Below, piece after piece: positions 35,701-50,700 of a stretch of 64,000 nt of DNA. Origin of the DNA: Eledone cirrhosa (Eukaryota); assembly GCA_964016885.1 (NCBI GenBank), contig OZ024740.1, positions 30,194,001 through 30,258,000 on the forward strand, read 5' to 3'. The notes under the pieces are model-generated. The model had not been told where the DNA came from, searched no databases, and saw only the letters and a list, made by a program, of their open reading frames with translations. Position numbers and translations under genes: made by a program. The stretch's first letter is position 1. Every line of letters starts with the position of its first letter.

Positions 35701-38700
35701 TATTGCTGTTACTCTAGTGACAGTGTTAGTTATAGTTACTAGTCCTATTGCTGTTACTATAGTGACAGTGTTAGTTATAGTTACTAGTCCTATTACTGTT
35801 ACTATAGTGACACTGTTAGTTATAGTTACTAGTCCTATTACTGTTACTATAGTGACACTGTTAGTTATAGTTACTACTCCTATTACTGTTACTATAGTGA
35901 CACTGTTAGTTATAGTTACTAGTCCTATTGCTGTTACTATAGTGACACTGTTAGTTATAGTTACTAGTCATATTACTGTTACTTTAGTGACACTGTTAGT
36001 TATAGTTACTAGTCCTATTACTGTTACTATAGTGACAGTGTTCGTTATAGTTACTAGTCCTATTGCTGTTACTATAGTGACAGTGTTAGTTACTGTTACT
36101 AGTCTTATTACTGTTACTATAGTGACCCTGTTAGTTACAGTTACTACTCCTATTACTGTTACTATAGTGAAACTGTTAGTTATAGTTACTAGTCCTATTA
36201 CTGTTACTATAGTGACACTGTTAGTTATAGTTACTAGTCCTAAAACTGTTACTATAGTGACACTGTTAGTTATAGTTACTAGTCCTATAACTGTTACTAT
36301 AGTGACACTGTTAGTTATAGTTACTAGTCCTATTACTGTTACTATAGTGACACTGTTAGTTATAGTTACTAGTCCTATTACTGTTACTATAGTGACACTG
36401 TTAGTTACAGTTACTAGTCCTATTATTGTTACTATAGTGAAACTGTTAGTTATAGTTACTAGTCCTATTACTGTTACTATAGTGACACTGTTAGTTACAG
36501 TTACTAGTCCTATTACTGTTACTATAGTGACACTGTTAGTTATAGTTACTAGTCCTATTATTGTTACTATAGTGACACTGTTAGTTATAGTTACTACTCC
36601 TATTACTGTTACTAGAGTGACACTGTTAGTTATAGTTACTAGTCCTATTACTGTAACTATAGTGACACTGTTAGTTATAGTTACTAGTCCTATTACTGTT
36701 ACTATAGTGACACTGTTAGTTACAGTTACTAGTCCTATTACTGTTACTATAGTGACACTGTTAGTTATAGTTACTAGTCCTATTACTGTTACTATAGTGA
36801 CACTGTTAGTTATAGTTAGTAGTCCTATTACTCTTACTATAGTGACACTGTTACTTATAGTTACTAGTCCTATTACTGTTACTATAGTGACAGTGTTAGT
36901 TATAGTTACTAGTCCTATTACTGTTACTATAGTGACACTGTTAGTTATAGTTACTAGTCCTATTGCTGTTACTATAGTGACACTGTTAGTTATAGTTACT
37001 TGTCCTATTATGTTACTATAGTGACACTGTTAGTTATAGTTACTAGTCCTATTACTGTTACTATAGTGACACTGTTAGTTATAGTTACTAGTCCTATTAC
37101 TGTTACTATAGTGACAGTGTTAGTTATAGTTACTAGTCCTATTACTGTTACTATAGTGACAGTGTTAGTTATAGTTACTAGTCATATTACTGTTACTATA
37201 GTGACACTGTTAGTTATAGTTACTAGTCATATTACTGTTACTATAGTGACACTGTTAGTTATAGTTACTAGTCCTATTGCTGTTACTATAGTGACACTGT
37301 TAGTTATAGTTACTTGTCCTATTATGTTACTATAGTGACACTGTTAGTTATAGTTACTAGTCCTATTACTGTTACTATAGTGACACTGTTAGTTATAGTT
37401 ACTAGTCCTATTACTGTTACTATAGTGACAGTGTTAGTTATAGTTACTAGTCCTATTACTGTTACTATAGTGACAGTGTTAGTTATAGTTACTAGTCATA
37501 TTACTGTTACTATAGTGACACTGTTAGTTATAGTTACTAGTCATATTACTGTTACTATAGTGACACTGTTAGTTATAGTTACTAGACCTATTACTGTTAC
37601 TATAGTGACAGTGTTAGTTATAGTTACTAGTCCTATTACTGTTACTATAGTGACAGTGTTAGTTATAGTTACTAGTCATATTACTGTTACTATAGTGACA
37701 CTGTTAGTTATAGTTACTAGACCTATTACTGTTACTATAGTGACAGTGTTAGTTATAGTTACTAGTCCTATTACTGTTACTATAGTGACACTGTTAGTTA
37801 TAGTTACTAGTCCTATTACTATTACTATAGTGACACTGTTAGTTATAGTTACTATTCCTATTACTGTTACTATAGTGACACTGTTAGTTATAGTTACTAG
37901 TCCTATTACTGTTACTATAGTGACACTGTCAGTTATAGTTACTAGTCCTATGGCTGTTACTATAGTGACAGTGTTAGTTATAGTTACTAGTCCTATTACT
38001 GTTACTATAGTGACACTGTTAGTTATAGTTACTAGGCATATTACTGTTACTATAGTGACACTGTTAGTTATAGTTACTAGTCCTATTACTGTTACTATAG
38101 TGACACTGTTAGTTATAGTTACTAGTCATATTACTGTTACTATAGTGACACTGTTAGTTATAGTTACTAGACCTATTGCTGTTACTATAGTGACACTGTT
38201 ATTTATAGTTACTAGTCCTATTACTGTTACTATAGTGACAGTGTTAGTTATAGTTACTAGTCCTATTACTGTTACTATAGTGACACTGTTAGTTATAGTT
38301 ACTAGTCCTATTGCTGTTACTATAGTGACACTGTTAGTTATAGTTACTAGTCCTATTACTGTTACTATAGTGACACAGTTAGTTATAGTTACTAGTCCTA
38401 TTGCTGTTACTATAGTGACACTGTTAGTTATAGTTACTAGTCCTATTACTGTTACTATAGTGACACAGTTAGTTATAGTTACTAGTCCTATTGCTGTTAC
38501 TGTAGTGACACTGTTAGTTATAGTTACTAGTCCTATTACTGTTACTATAGTGACACTGTTAGTTATAGTTACTAGTCCTATTACTGTTACTATAGTGACA
38601 CAGTTAGTTATAGTTACTAGTCCTATTGCTGTTACTATAGTGACACTGTTAGTTATAGTTACTAGTCCTATTACTGTTACTATAGTGACACAGTTAGTTA

Positions 38701-41700
38701 TAGTTACTAGTCCTATTACTGTTACTATAGTGACAGTGTTAGTTATAGTTACTAGTCCTATTGCTGTTACTATAGTGACACTGTTAGTTATAGTTACTAG
38801 TCCTATTACTGTTACTATAGTGACACAGTTAGTTATAGTTACTAGTCCTATTACTGTTACTATAGTGACAGTGTTAGTTATAGTTACTAGTCCTATTGCT
38901 GTTACTATAGTGACACTGTTAGTTATAGTTACTAGTCCTATTACTGTTACTATAGTGACACTGTTAGTTATAATTACTAGTCCTATTACTGTTACTATAG
39001 TGACACTGTTAGTTATAGTTACTAGTCCTATTACTGTTACTATAGTGACAGTGTTAGTTATAGTTACTAGTCCTATTGCTGTTTCTATAGTGACAGTGTC
39101 AGTTATAGTTACTAGTCCTATTACTGTTACTATAGTGACTATGTTAGTTATAGTTACTAGTCCTATTACTGTTACTATAGTGACAGTGTTAGTTACAGTT
39201 ACTAGTCTTATTACTGTTACTATAGTGACACTGTTAGTTATAGTTACTCGTCCTATTACTGTTACTATAGTGACACTGTTAGTTATAATTACTAGTCCTA
39301 TTACTGTTACTATAGTGACACTGTTAGTTATAGTTACTAGTCCTATTGCTGTTTCTATAGTGACAGTGTCAGTTATAGTTACTAGTCATATTAGTGTTAC
39401 TATAGTGACACTGTTAGTTATAGTTACTAGTCCTATTACTGTTACTATAGTGACACTGTTAGTTATAGTTACTAGTCCTATTACTGTTACTATAGTGACT
39501 ATGTTAGTTATAGTTACTAGTCCTATTACTGTTACTATAGTGACACTGTTAGTTATAGTTACTAGTCCTATTACTGTTACTATAGTGACACTGTTAGTTA
39601 TAGTTACTAGTCCTATTACTGTTACTATAGTGACACTGTTAGTTATAGTTACTAGTCCTATTACTGTTACTATAGTGACTATGTTAGTTATAGTTACTAG
39701 TCCTATTACTGTTACTATAGTGACAGTGTTAGTTATAGTTACTAGTCCTATTACTGTTACTATAGTGACACGGTTAGTTATAGTTACTAGTCCTATTAGT
39801 GTTACTATAGTGACACTGTTAGTTATAGTTACTAGTCATATTACTGTTACTATAGTTACTAGTCCTATTACTGTTACTATAGTGACAGTGTTAGTTAATC
39901 TTACTACTCCTATTACTGTTACTATAGTGACACTGTCAGTTATAGTTACTAGTCCTATTGCTGTTACTATAGTGACACTGTCAGTTATAGTTACTAGTCC
40001 TATTGCTGTTACTATAGTGACACTGTTAGTTATAGTTACTAGTCCTATTAGTATTACTATAGTGACACTGTTAGTTAATCTTACTTGTCCTATTGCTGTT
40101 ACTATAGTGACACTGTTAGTTATAGTTACTAGTCATATTACTGTTACTATAGTTACTAGTCCTAATACTGTTACTATAGTGACACTGTTAGTTAATCTTA
40201 CTACTCCTATTACTGTTACTATAGTGACACTGTCAGTTATAGTTACTAGTCCTATTGCTGTTACTATAGTGACACTGTCAGTTATAGTTACTAGTCCTAT
40301 TGCTGTTACTATAGTAACACTGTTAGTTATAGTTACTAGTCCTATTAGTGTTACTATAGTGACACTGTTAGTTAATCTTACTAGTCCTATTGCTGTTACT
40401 ATAGTGACACTGTTAGTTATAGTTACTAGTCCTATTACTGTTACTATAGTGACACTGTTAGTTATAGTTACTAGTCATATTACTGTTACTATAGTGACAC
40501 TGTTAGTTATAGTTACTAGTCCTATTACTGTTACTATAGTGACACAGTTAGTTATAGTTACTAGGCCTATTGCTGTTACTATAGTGACACTGTTAGTTAT
40601 AGTTACTAGTCCTATTGCTGTTTCTATAGTGACAGTGTCAGTTATAGTTACTAGTCATATTACTGTTACTATAGTGACAGTGTTAGTTATAGTTACTAGT
40701 CCTATTACTGTTACTATAGTGACACTATTAGTTATAGTTACTAGTTCTATTACTATTACTATAGTGACACAGTTAGTTATAATTACTAGTCATATTACTG
40801 TTACTATAGTGACACTGTCAGTTATAGTTACTTGTCCTATTATGTTACTATAGTGACAGTGTTAGTTATAGTTACTAGTCCTATTACTTTTACTATAGTG
40901 ACACTGTTAGTTATAGTTACTAGTCCTATTGCTGTTACTATAGTGACAGTGTTAGTTACAGTTACTAGTCTTATTAATGTTACTATAGTGACACTGTTAG
41001 TTATAGTTACAACTCCTATTACTGTTACTATAGTGACACTGTTAGTTATAGTTACTAGTCATATTACTGTTACTATAGTGACAGTGTTAGTTATAGTTAC
41101 TAGTCATATTACTGTTACTATAGTGACACTGTCAGTTATAGTTTCTAGTCCTATTGCTGTTACTCTAGTGACAGTGTTAGTTATAGTTACTAGTCCTATT
41201 GCTGTTACTATAGTGACAGTGTTAGTTATAGTTACTAGTCCTATTACTGTTACTATAGTGACACTGTTAGTTATAGTTACTAGTCCTATTACTGTTACTA
41301 TAGTGACACTGTTAGTTATAGTTACTACTCCTATTACTGTTACTATAGTGACACTGTTAGTTATAGTTACTAGTCCTATTGCTGTTACTATAGTGACACT
41401 GTTAGTTATAGTTACTAGTCATATTACTGTTACTTTAGTGACACTGTTAGTTATAGTTACTAGTCCTATTACTGTTACTATAGTGACAGTGTTCGTTATA
41501 GTTACTAGTCCTATTGCTGTTACTATAGTGACAGTGTTAGTTACTGTTACTAGTCTTATTACTGTTACTATAGTGACCCTGTTAGTTACAGTTACTACTC
41601 CTATTACTGTTACTATAGTGAAACTGTTAGTTATAGTTACTAGTCCTATTACTGTTACTATAGTGACACTGTTAGTTATAGTTACTAGTCCTAAAACTGT

Positions 41701-44700
41701 TACTATAGTGACACTGTTAGTTATAGTTACTAGTCCTATAACTGTTACTATAGTGACACTGTTAGTTATAGTTACTAGTCCTATTACTGTTACTATAGTG
41801 ACACTGTTAGTTATAGTTACTAGTCCTATTACTGTTACTATAGTGACACTGTTAGTTATAGTTACTAGTCCTATAACTGTTACTATAGTGACACTGTTAG
41901 TTATAGTTACTAGTCCTATTACTGTTACTATAGTGACACTGTTAGTTACAGTTACTAGTCCTATTATTGTTACTATAGTGAAACTGTTAGTTATAGTTAC
42001 TAGTCCTATTACTGTTACTATAGTGACACTGTTAGTTACAGTTACTAGTCCTATTACTGTTACTATAGTGACACTGTTAGTTATAGTTACTAGTCCTATT
42101 ATTGTTACTATAGTGACACTGTTAGTTATAGTTACTACTCCTATTACTGTTACTAGAGTGACACTGTTAGTTATAGTTACTAGTCCTATTACTGTAACTA
42201 TAGTGACACTGTTAGTTATAGTTACTAGTCCTATTACTGTTACTATAGTGACACTGTTAGTTACAGTTACTAGTCCTATTACTGTTACTATAGTGACACT
42301 GTTAGTTATAGTTACTAGTCCTATTACTGTTACTATAGTGACACTGTTAGTTATAGTTAGTAGTCCTATTACTCTTACTATAGTGACACTGTTACTTATA
42401 GTTACTAGTCCTATTACTGTTACTATAGTGACAGTGTTAGTTATAGTTACTAGTCCTATTACTGTTACTATAGTGACACTGTTAGTTATAGTTACTAGTC
42501 CTATTACTGTTACTATAGTGACACTGTTAGTTATAGTTACTAGTCCTATTACTGTTACTATAGTGACACTGTTAGTTATAGTTACTAGTCCTATTACTGT
42601 AACTATAGTGACACTGTTAGTTATAGTTACTAGTCCTATTACTGTTACTATAGTGACACTTAGTTATAGTTACTAGTCCTATTATTGTTACTATAGTGAC
42701 ACAGTTAGTTATAGTTACTAGTCCTATTACTGTTACTATAGTGACACTGTTAGTTATTGTTACTAGTCTTGTTGCTGTTACTATAGTGACACTGTTAGTT
42801 ATAGTTACTAGTCCTATTGCTGTTACTATAGTGACAGTGTTAGTTACAGTTACTAGTCTTATTACTGTTACTATAGTGACCCTGTTAGTTACAGTTACTA
42901 GTCCTATTACTGTTACTATAGTGACACTGTTAGTTACAGTTACTAGTCTTATTACTGTTACTATAGTGACACTGTTAGTTATAGTTACTAGTCCTATTAC
43001 TGTTACTATAGTGACAGTGTCAGTTATAGTTACTAGTCCTATTGCTGTTACTATAGTGACACTGTTAGTTATAGTTACTAGTCCTATTACTGTTACTATA
43101 GTGACACTGTTAGTTATAGTTACTAGTCCTATTACTGTTACTATAGTGACACTGTTAGTTATAGTTACTAGTCCTATTGCTGTTACTATAGTGACAGTGT
43201 TAGTTACTGTTACTAGTCTTATTACTGTTACTATAGTGACCCTGTTAGTTACAGTTACTAGTCCTATTACTGTTACTATAGTGACACTGTTAGTTACAGT
43301 TACTAGTCTTATTACTGTTACTATAGTGACACTGTTAGTTATAGTTACTAGTCCTATTACTGTTACTATAGTGACAGTGTCAGTTATAGTTACTAGTCCT
43401 ATTGCTGTTACTATAGTGACACTGTTAGTTATAGTTACTAGTCCTATTACTGTTACTATAGTGACACTGTTAGTTATAGTTACTAGTCCTATTAGTGTTA
43501 CTATAGTGACACTGTTAGTTAATCTTACTTGTCATATTGCTGTTACTATAGTGACACTGTTAGTTATAGTTACTAGTCATATTACTGTTACTATAGTGAC
43601 ACTGTTAGTTATAATTACTAGTCCTATTACTGTTACTATAGTGACACTGTTAGTTATAGTTACTAGTCCTATTGCTGTTTCTATAGTGACAGTGTCAGTT
43701 ATAGTTACTAGTCATATTACTGTTACTATAGTGACAGTGTTAGTTATAGTTACTAGTCCTATTACTGTTACTATAGTGACACTATTAGTTATAGTTACTA
43801 GTCCTATTACTGTTACTATAGTGACACTGTTAGTTATAGTTACTAGTCCTATTACTGTTACTATAGTGACACTGTTAGTTATAGTTACTAGTCCTGTTAC
43901 TGTTACTATAGTGACACTGTTAGTTATAGTTACTAGTCCTATTACTGTTACTATAGTGACACTGTCAGTTATAGTTACTAGTCCTATTATGTTACTATAG
44001 TGACACTGTTAGTTATAGTTACTAGTCCTATTACTGTTACTATAGTGACACTGTTAGTTATAGTTACTAGTCCTATTACTGTTACTATAGTGACACTGTC
44101 AGTTATAGTTACTAGTCCTATTATGTTACTATAGTGACACTGTTAGTTATAGTTACTAGTCCTATTACTGTTACTATAGTGACACTGTTAGTTATAGTTA
44201 CTAGTCCTATTACTGTTACTATAGTGACACTGTCAGTTATAGTTACTAGTCCTATTGCTGTTACTATAGTGACAGTGTTAGTTATAGTTACTAGTCCTAT
44301 TACTGTTACTATAGTGACACTGTTAGTTATAGTTACTAGTCCTATTGCTGTTACTATAGTGACAGTGTTAGTTATAGTTACTAGTCCTATTACTGTTACT
44401 ATAGTGACACTGTTAGTTATAGTTACTAGTCCTATTACTGTTACTATAGTGACACTGTTAGTTATAGTTACTAGTCATATTACTGTTACTATAGTGACAC
44501 TGTCAGTTATAGTTACTAGTCCTATTGCTGATACTATAGTGACAGTGTTAGTTATAGTTACTAGTCCTATTGCTGTTACTATAGTGACACTGTTAGTTAT
44601 AGTTACTAGTCCTATTACTGTTACTATAGTGACACTGTTAGTTATAGTTACTAGTCCTATTACTGTTACTATAGTGACAGTGTTAGTTATAGTTACTAGT

Positions 44701-47700
44701 CCTATTACTGTTACTATAGTGACACTGTTAGTTATAGTTACTAGTCCTATTACTGTTACTATAGTGACACTGTTAGTTATAGTTAGTAGTCCTATTACTC
44801 TTACTATAGTGACACTGTTACTTATAGTTACTAGTCCTATTACTGTTACTATAGTGACAGTGTTAGTTATAGTTACTAGTCCTATTACTGTTACTATAGT
44901 GACACTGTTAGTTATAGTTACTAGTCCTATTACTGTTACTATAGTGACAGTGTTAGTTATAGTTACTAGTCCTATTACTGTTACTATAGTGACACTGTTA
45001 GTTATAGTTACTAGTCCTATTACTGTTACTATAGTGACACTGTTAGTTATAGTTAGTAGTCCTATTACTCTTACTATAGTGACACTGTTACTTATAGTTA
45101 CTAGTCCTATTACTGTTACTATAGTGACAGTGTTAGTTATAGTTACTAGTCCTATTACTGTTACTATAGTGACACTGTTAGTTATAGTTACTAGTCCTAT
45201 TACTGTTACTATAGTGACACTGTTAGTTATAGTTACTAGTCCTATTACTGTTACTATAGTGACACTGTTAGTTATAGTTACTAGTCCTATTACTGTAACT
45301 ATAGTGACACTGTTAGTTATAGTTACTAGTCCTATTACTGTTACTATAGTGACACTTAGTTATAGTTACTAGTCCTATTATTGTTACTATAGTGACACAG
45401 TTAGTTATAGTTACTAGTCCTATTACTGTTACTATAGTGACACTGTTAGTTATTGTTACTAGTCTTGTTGCTGTTACTATAGTGACACTGTTAGTTATAG
45501 TTACTAGTCCTATTGCTGTTACTATAGTGACAGTGTTAGTTACAGTTACTAGTCTTATTACTGTTACTATAGTGACCCTGTTAGTTACAGTTACTAGTCC
45601 TATTACTGTTACTATAGTGACACTGTTAGTTACAGTTACTAGTCTTATTACTGTTACTATAGTGACACTGTTAGTTATAGTTACTAGTCCTATTACTGTT
45701 ACTATAGTGACAGTGTCAGTTATAGTTACTAGTCCTATTGCTGTTACTATAGTGACACTGTTAGTTATAGTTACTAGTCCTATTACTGTTACTATAGTGA
45801 CACTGTTAGTTATAGTTACTAGTCCTATTACTGTTACTATAGTGACACTGTTAGTTATAGTTACTAGTCCTATTGCTGTTACTATAGTGACAGTGTTAGT
45901 TACTGTTACTAGTCTTATTACTGTTACTATAGTGACCCTGTTAGTTACAGTTACTAGTCCTATTACTGTTACTATAGTGACACTGTTAGTTACAGTTACT
46001 AGTCCTATTGCTGTTACTATAGTGAAACTGTTAGTTATAGTTACTAGTCCTATTACTGTTACTATAGTGACACTGTTAGTTATAGTTACTAGTCCTATTA
46101 CTGTTACTATAGTGACACTGTTAGTTACAGTTACTAGTCCTATTGCTGTTACTATAGTGAAACTGTTAGTTATAGTTACTAGTCCTATTACTGTTACTAT
46201 AGTGACACTGTTAATTATAGTTACTAGTCCTATTACTGTTACTATAGTGACAGTGTTAGTTACTGTTACTAGTCTTATTACTGTTACTATAGTGACCCTG
46301 TTAGTTACAGTTACTAGTCCTATTACTGTTACTATAGTGACACTGTTAGTTACAGTTACTAGTCCTATTGCTGTTACTATAGTGAAACTGTTAGTTATAG
46401 TTACTACTCCTATTACTGTTACTAGAGTGACACTGTTAGTTATAGTTACTAGTCCTATTACTGTTACTATAGTGACACTGTTAGTTATAGTTACTAGTCC
46501 TATTAGTGTTACTATAGAGACACTGTTAGTTATAGTTACTAGTCATATTACTGTTACTATAGTTACTAGTCCTATTACTGTTACTATAGTGACACTGTTA
46601 GTTAATCTTACTACTCCTATTACTGTTACTATAGTGACACTGTTAGTTATAGTTACTAGTCCTATTACTGTTACTATAGTGACAGTGCTAGTTATAGTTA
46701 CTAGTCCTATTACTGTTACTATAGTGACACTGTCAGTTATAGTTACTAGTCCTATTGCTGTTACTATAGTGACACTGTTAGTTATAGTTACTAGTCCTAT
46801 TAGTGTTACTATAGTGACACTGTTAGTTAATCTTACTTGTCATATTGCTGTTACTATAGTGACACTGTTAGTTATAGTTACTAGTCATATTACTGTTACT
46901 ATAGTGACACTGTTAGTTATAATTACTAGTCCTATTACTGTTACTATAGTGACACTGTCAGTTATAGTTACTAGTCCTATTATGTTACTATAGTGACACT
47001 GTTAGTTATAGTTACTAGTCATATTACTGTTACTATAGTGACACTGTTAGTTATAGTTACTAGTCCTATTACTGTTACTATAGTGACACTGTCAGTTATA
47101 GTTACTAGTCCTATTGCTGTTACTATAGTGACAGTGTTAGTTATAGTTACTAGTCCTATTACTGTTACTATAGTGAGACTGTTAGTTATAGTTACTAGTC
47201 CTATTACTGTTACTATAGTGACACTGTTAGTTATAGTTACTAGTCATATTAGTGTTACTATAGTAACACTGTCAGTTATAGTTACTAGTCCTATTACTGT
47301 TACTATAGTGACACTGTTAGTTATAGTTACTAGTCCTATTGCTGATACTATAGTGACAGTGTTAGTTATAGTTACTAGTCCTATTGCTGTTACTATAGTG
47401 ACACTGTTAGTTATAGTTACTAGTCCTATTACTGTTACTATAGTGACACTGTTAGTTATATTTAGTAGTCCTATTACTGTTACTATAGTGACACTGTTAG
47501 TTATAGTTACTAGTCCTATTGCTGTTACTATAGTGACACTGTTAGTTATAGTTACTAGTCCTATTACTGTTACTATAGTGACACTTAGTTATAGTTACTA
47601 GTCCTATTATTGTTACTATAGTGACACAGTTAGTTATAGTTACTAGTCCTATTACTGTTACTATAGTGACACTGTTAGTTATAGTTACTAGTCCTATTAC

Positions 47701-50700
47701 TGTTACTATAGTGACACAGTTAGTTATAGTTACTAGTCCTATTACTGTTACTATAGTGACACTGTTAGTTATAGTTACTAGTCCTATTACTGTCACTATA
47801 GTGACACTGTTAGTTATAGTTACTAGTCCTATTACTGTTACTATAGTGACACTGTTAGTTATAGTTACTAGTCCTATTACTGTTACTATAGTGACACTGT
47901 TAGTTATAGTTACTAGTCCTATTAGTGTTACTATAGTGACACTGTTAGTTACAGTTACTAGTCCTATTGCTGTTACTATAGTGAAACTGTTAGTTATAGT
48001 TACTAGTCCTATTAGTGTTACTATAGTGACACTGTTAGTTATAGTTACTAGTCCTATTACTGTTACTATAGTGACACTGTTAGTTATAGTTACTAGTCCT
48101 ATTACTGTTACTATAGTGACACTGTTAGTTATAGTTACTAGTCCTATTACTGTTACTATAGTGACTATGTTAGTTATAGTTACTAGTCCTATTACTGTTA
48201 CTATAGTGACAGTGTTAGTTATAGTTACTAGTCCTATTACTGTTACTATAGTGACAGTGTTAGTTATAGTTACTAGTCCTATTACTGTTACTATAGTGAC
48301 ACTGTTAGTTATAGTTACTAGTCCTATTAGTGTTACTATAGTGACACTGTTAGTTAATCTTACTTGTCATATTGCTGTTACTATAGTGACACTGTTAGGT
48401 ATAGTTACTAGTCATATTACTGTTACTATAGTGACACTGTTAGTTATAATTACTAGTCCTATTACTGTTACTATAGTGACACTATTAGTTATAGTTACTA
48501 GTCCTATTACTATTACTATAGTGGCACTGTTAGTTATAGTTACTAGTCATATTACTGTTACTATAGTGACACTGTCAGTTATAGTTACTAGTCCTATTAT
48601 GTTACTATAGTGACAGTGTTAGTTATAGTTACTAGTCCTATTACTTTTACTATAGTGACACTGTTAGTTATAGTTACTAGTCATATTACTGTTACTATAG
48701 TGACACTGTTAGTTATAGTTACTAGTCCTATTACTGTTACTATAGTGACACTATTAGTTATAGTTACTAGTCCTATTACTATTACTATAGTGGCACTGTT
48801 AGTTATAGTTACTAGTCATATTACTGTTACTATAGTGACACTGTCAGTTATAGTTACTAGTCCTATTATGTTACTATAGTGACAGTGTTAGTTATAGTTA
48901 CTAGTCCTATTACTTTTACTATAGTGACACTGTTAGTTACAGTTACTAGTCCTATTGCTGTTACTATAGTGAAACTGTTAGTTATAGTTACTAGTCCTAT
49001 TACTGTTACTATAGTGACACTGTTAATTATAGTTACTAGTCCTATTACTGTTACTATAGTGACACTGTTAGTTACAGTTACTAGTCCTATTATTGTTACT
49101 ATAGTGACACTGTTAGTTATAGTTACTACTCCTATTACTGTTACTAGAGTGACACTGTTAGTTATAGTTACTAGTCCTATTACTGTTACTATAGTGACAC
49201 TGTTAGTTATAGTTACTAGTCCTATTAGTGTTACTATAGAGACACTGTTAGTTATAGTTACTAGTCATATTACTGTTACTATAGTTACTAGTCCTATTAC
49301 TGTTACTATAGTGACACTGTTAGTTAATCTTACTACTCCTATTACTGTTACTATAGTGACACTGTTAGTTATAGTTACTAGTCCTATTACTGTTACTATA
49401 GTGACAGTGCTAGTTATAGTTACTAGTCCTATTACTGTTACTATAGTGACACTGTCAGTTATAGTTACTAGTCCTATTGCTGTTACTATAGTGACACTGT
49501 TAGTTATAGTTACTAGTCCTATTAGTGTTACTATAGTGACACTGTTAGTTAATCTTACTTGTCATATTGCTGTTACTATAGTGACACTGTTAGTTATAGT
49601 TACTAGTCATATTACTGTTACTATAGTGACACTGTTAGTTATAATTACTAGTCCTATTACTGTTACTATAGTGACACTGTCAGTTATAGTTACTAGTCCT
49701 ATTATGTTACTATAGTGACACTGTTAGTTATAGTTACTAGTCATATTACTGTTACTATAGTGACACTGTTAGTTATAGTTACTAGTCCTATTACTGTTAC
49801 TATAGTGACACTGTCAGTTATAGTTACTAGTCCTATTGCTGTTACTATAGTGACAGTGTTAGTTATAGTTACTAGTCCTATTACTGTTACTATAGTGAGA
49901 CTGTTAGTTATAGTTACTAGTCCTATTACTGTTACTATAGTGACACTGTTAGTTATAGTTACTAGTCATATTAGTGTTACTATAGTAACACTGTCAGTTA
50001 TAGTTACTAGTCCTATTACTGTTACTATAGTGACACTGTTAGTTATAGTTACTAGTCCTATTGCTGATACTATAGTGACAGTGTTAGTTATAGTTACTAG
50101 TCCTATTGCTGTTACTATAGTGACACTGTTAGTTATAGTTACTAGTCCTATTACTGTTACTATAGTGACACTGTTAGTTATAGTTAGTAGTCCTATTACT
50201 GTTACTATAGTGACACTGTTAGTTATAGTTACTAGTCCTATTGCTGTTACTATAGTGACACTGTTAGTTATAGTTACTAGTCCTATTACTGTTACTATAG
50301 TGACACTTAGTTATAGTTACTAGTCCTATTATTGTTACTATAGTGACACAGTTAGTTATAGTTACTAGTCCTATTACTGTTACTATAGTGACACTGTTAG
50401 TTATAGTTACTAGTCCTATTACTGTTACTATAGTGACACAGTTAGTTATAGTTACTAGTCCTATTACTGTTACTATAGTGACACTGTTAGTTATAGTTAC
50501 TAGTCCTATTACTGTCACTATAGTGACACTGTTAGTTATAGTTACTAGTCCTATTACTGTTACTATAGTGACACTGTTAGTTATAGTTACTAGTCCTATT
50601 ACTGTTACTATAGTGACACTGTTAGTTATAGTTACTAGTCCTATTAGTGTTACTATAGTGACACTGTTAGTTACAGTTACTAGTCCTATTGCTGTTACTA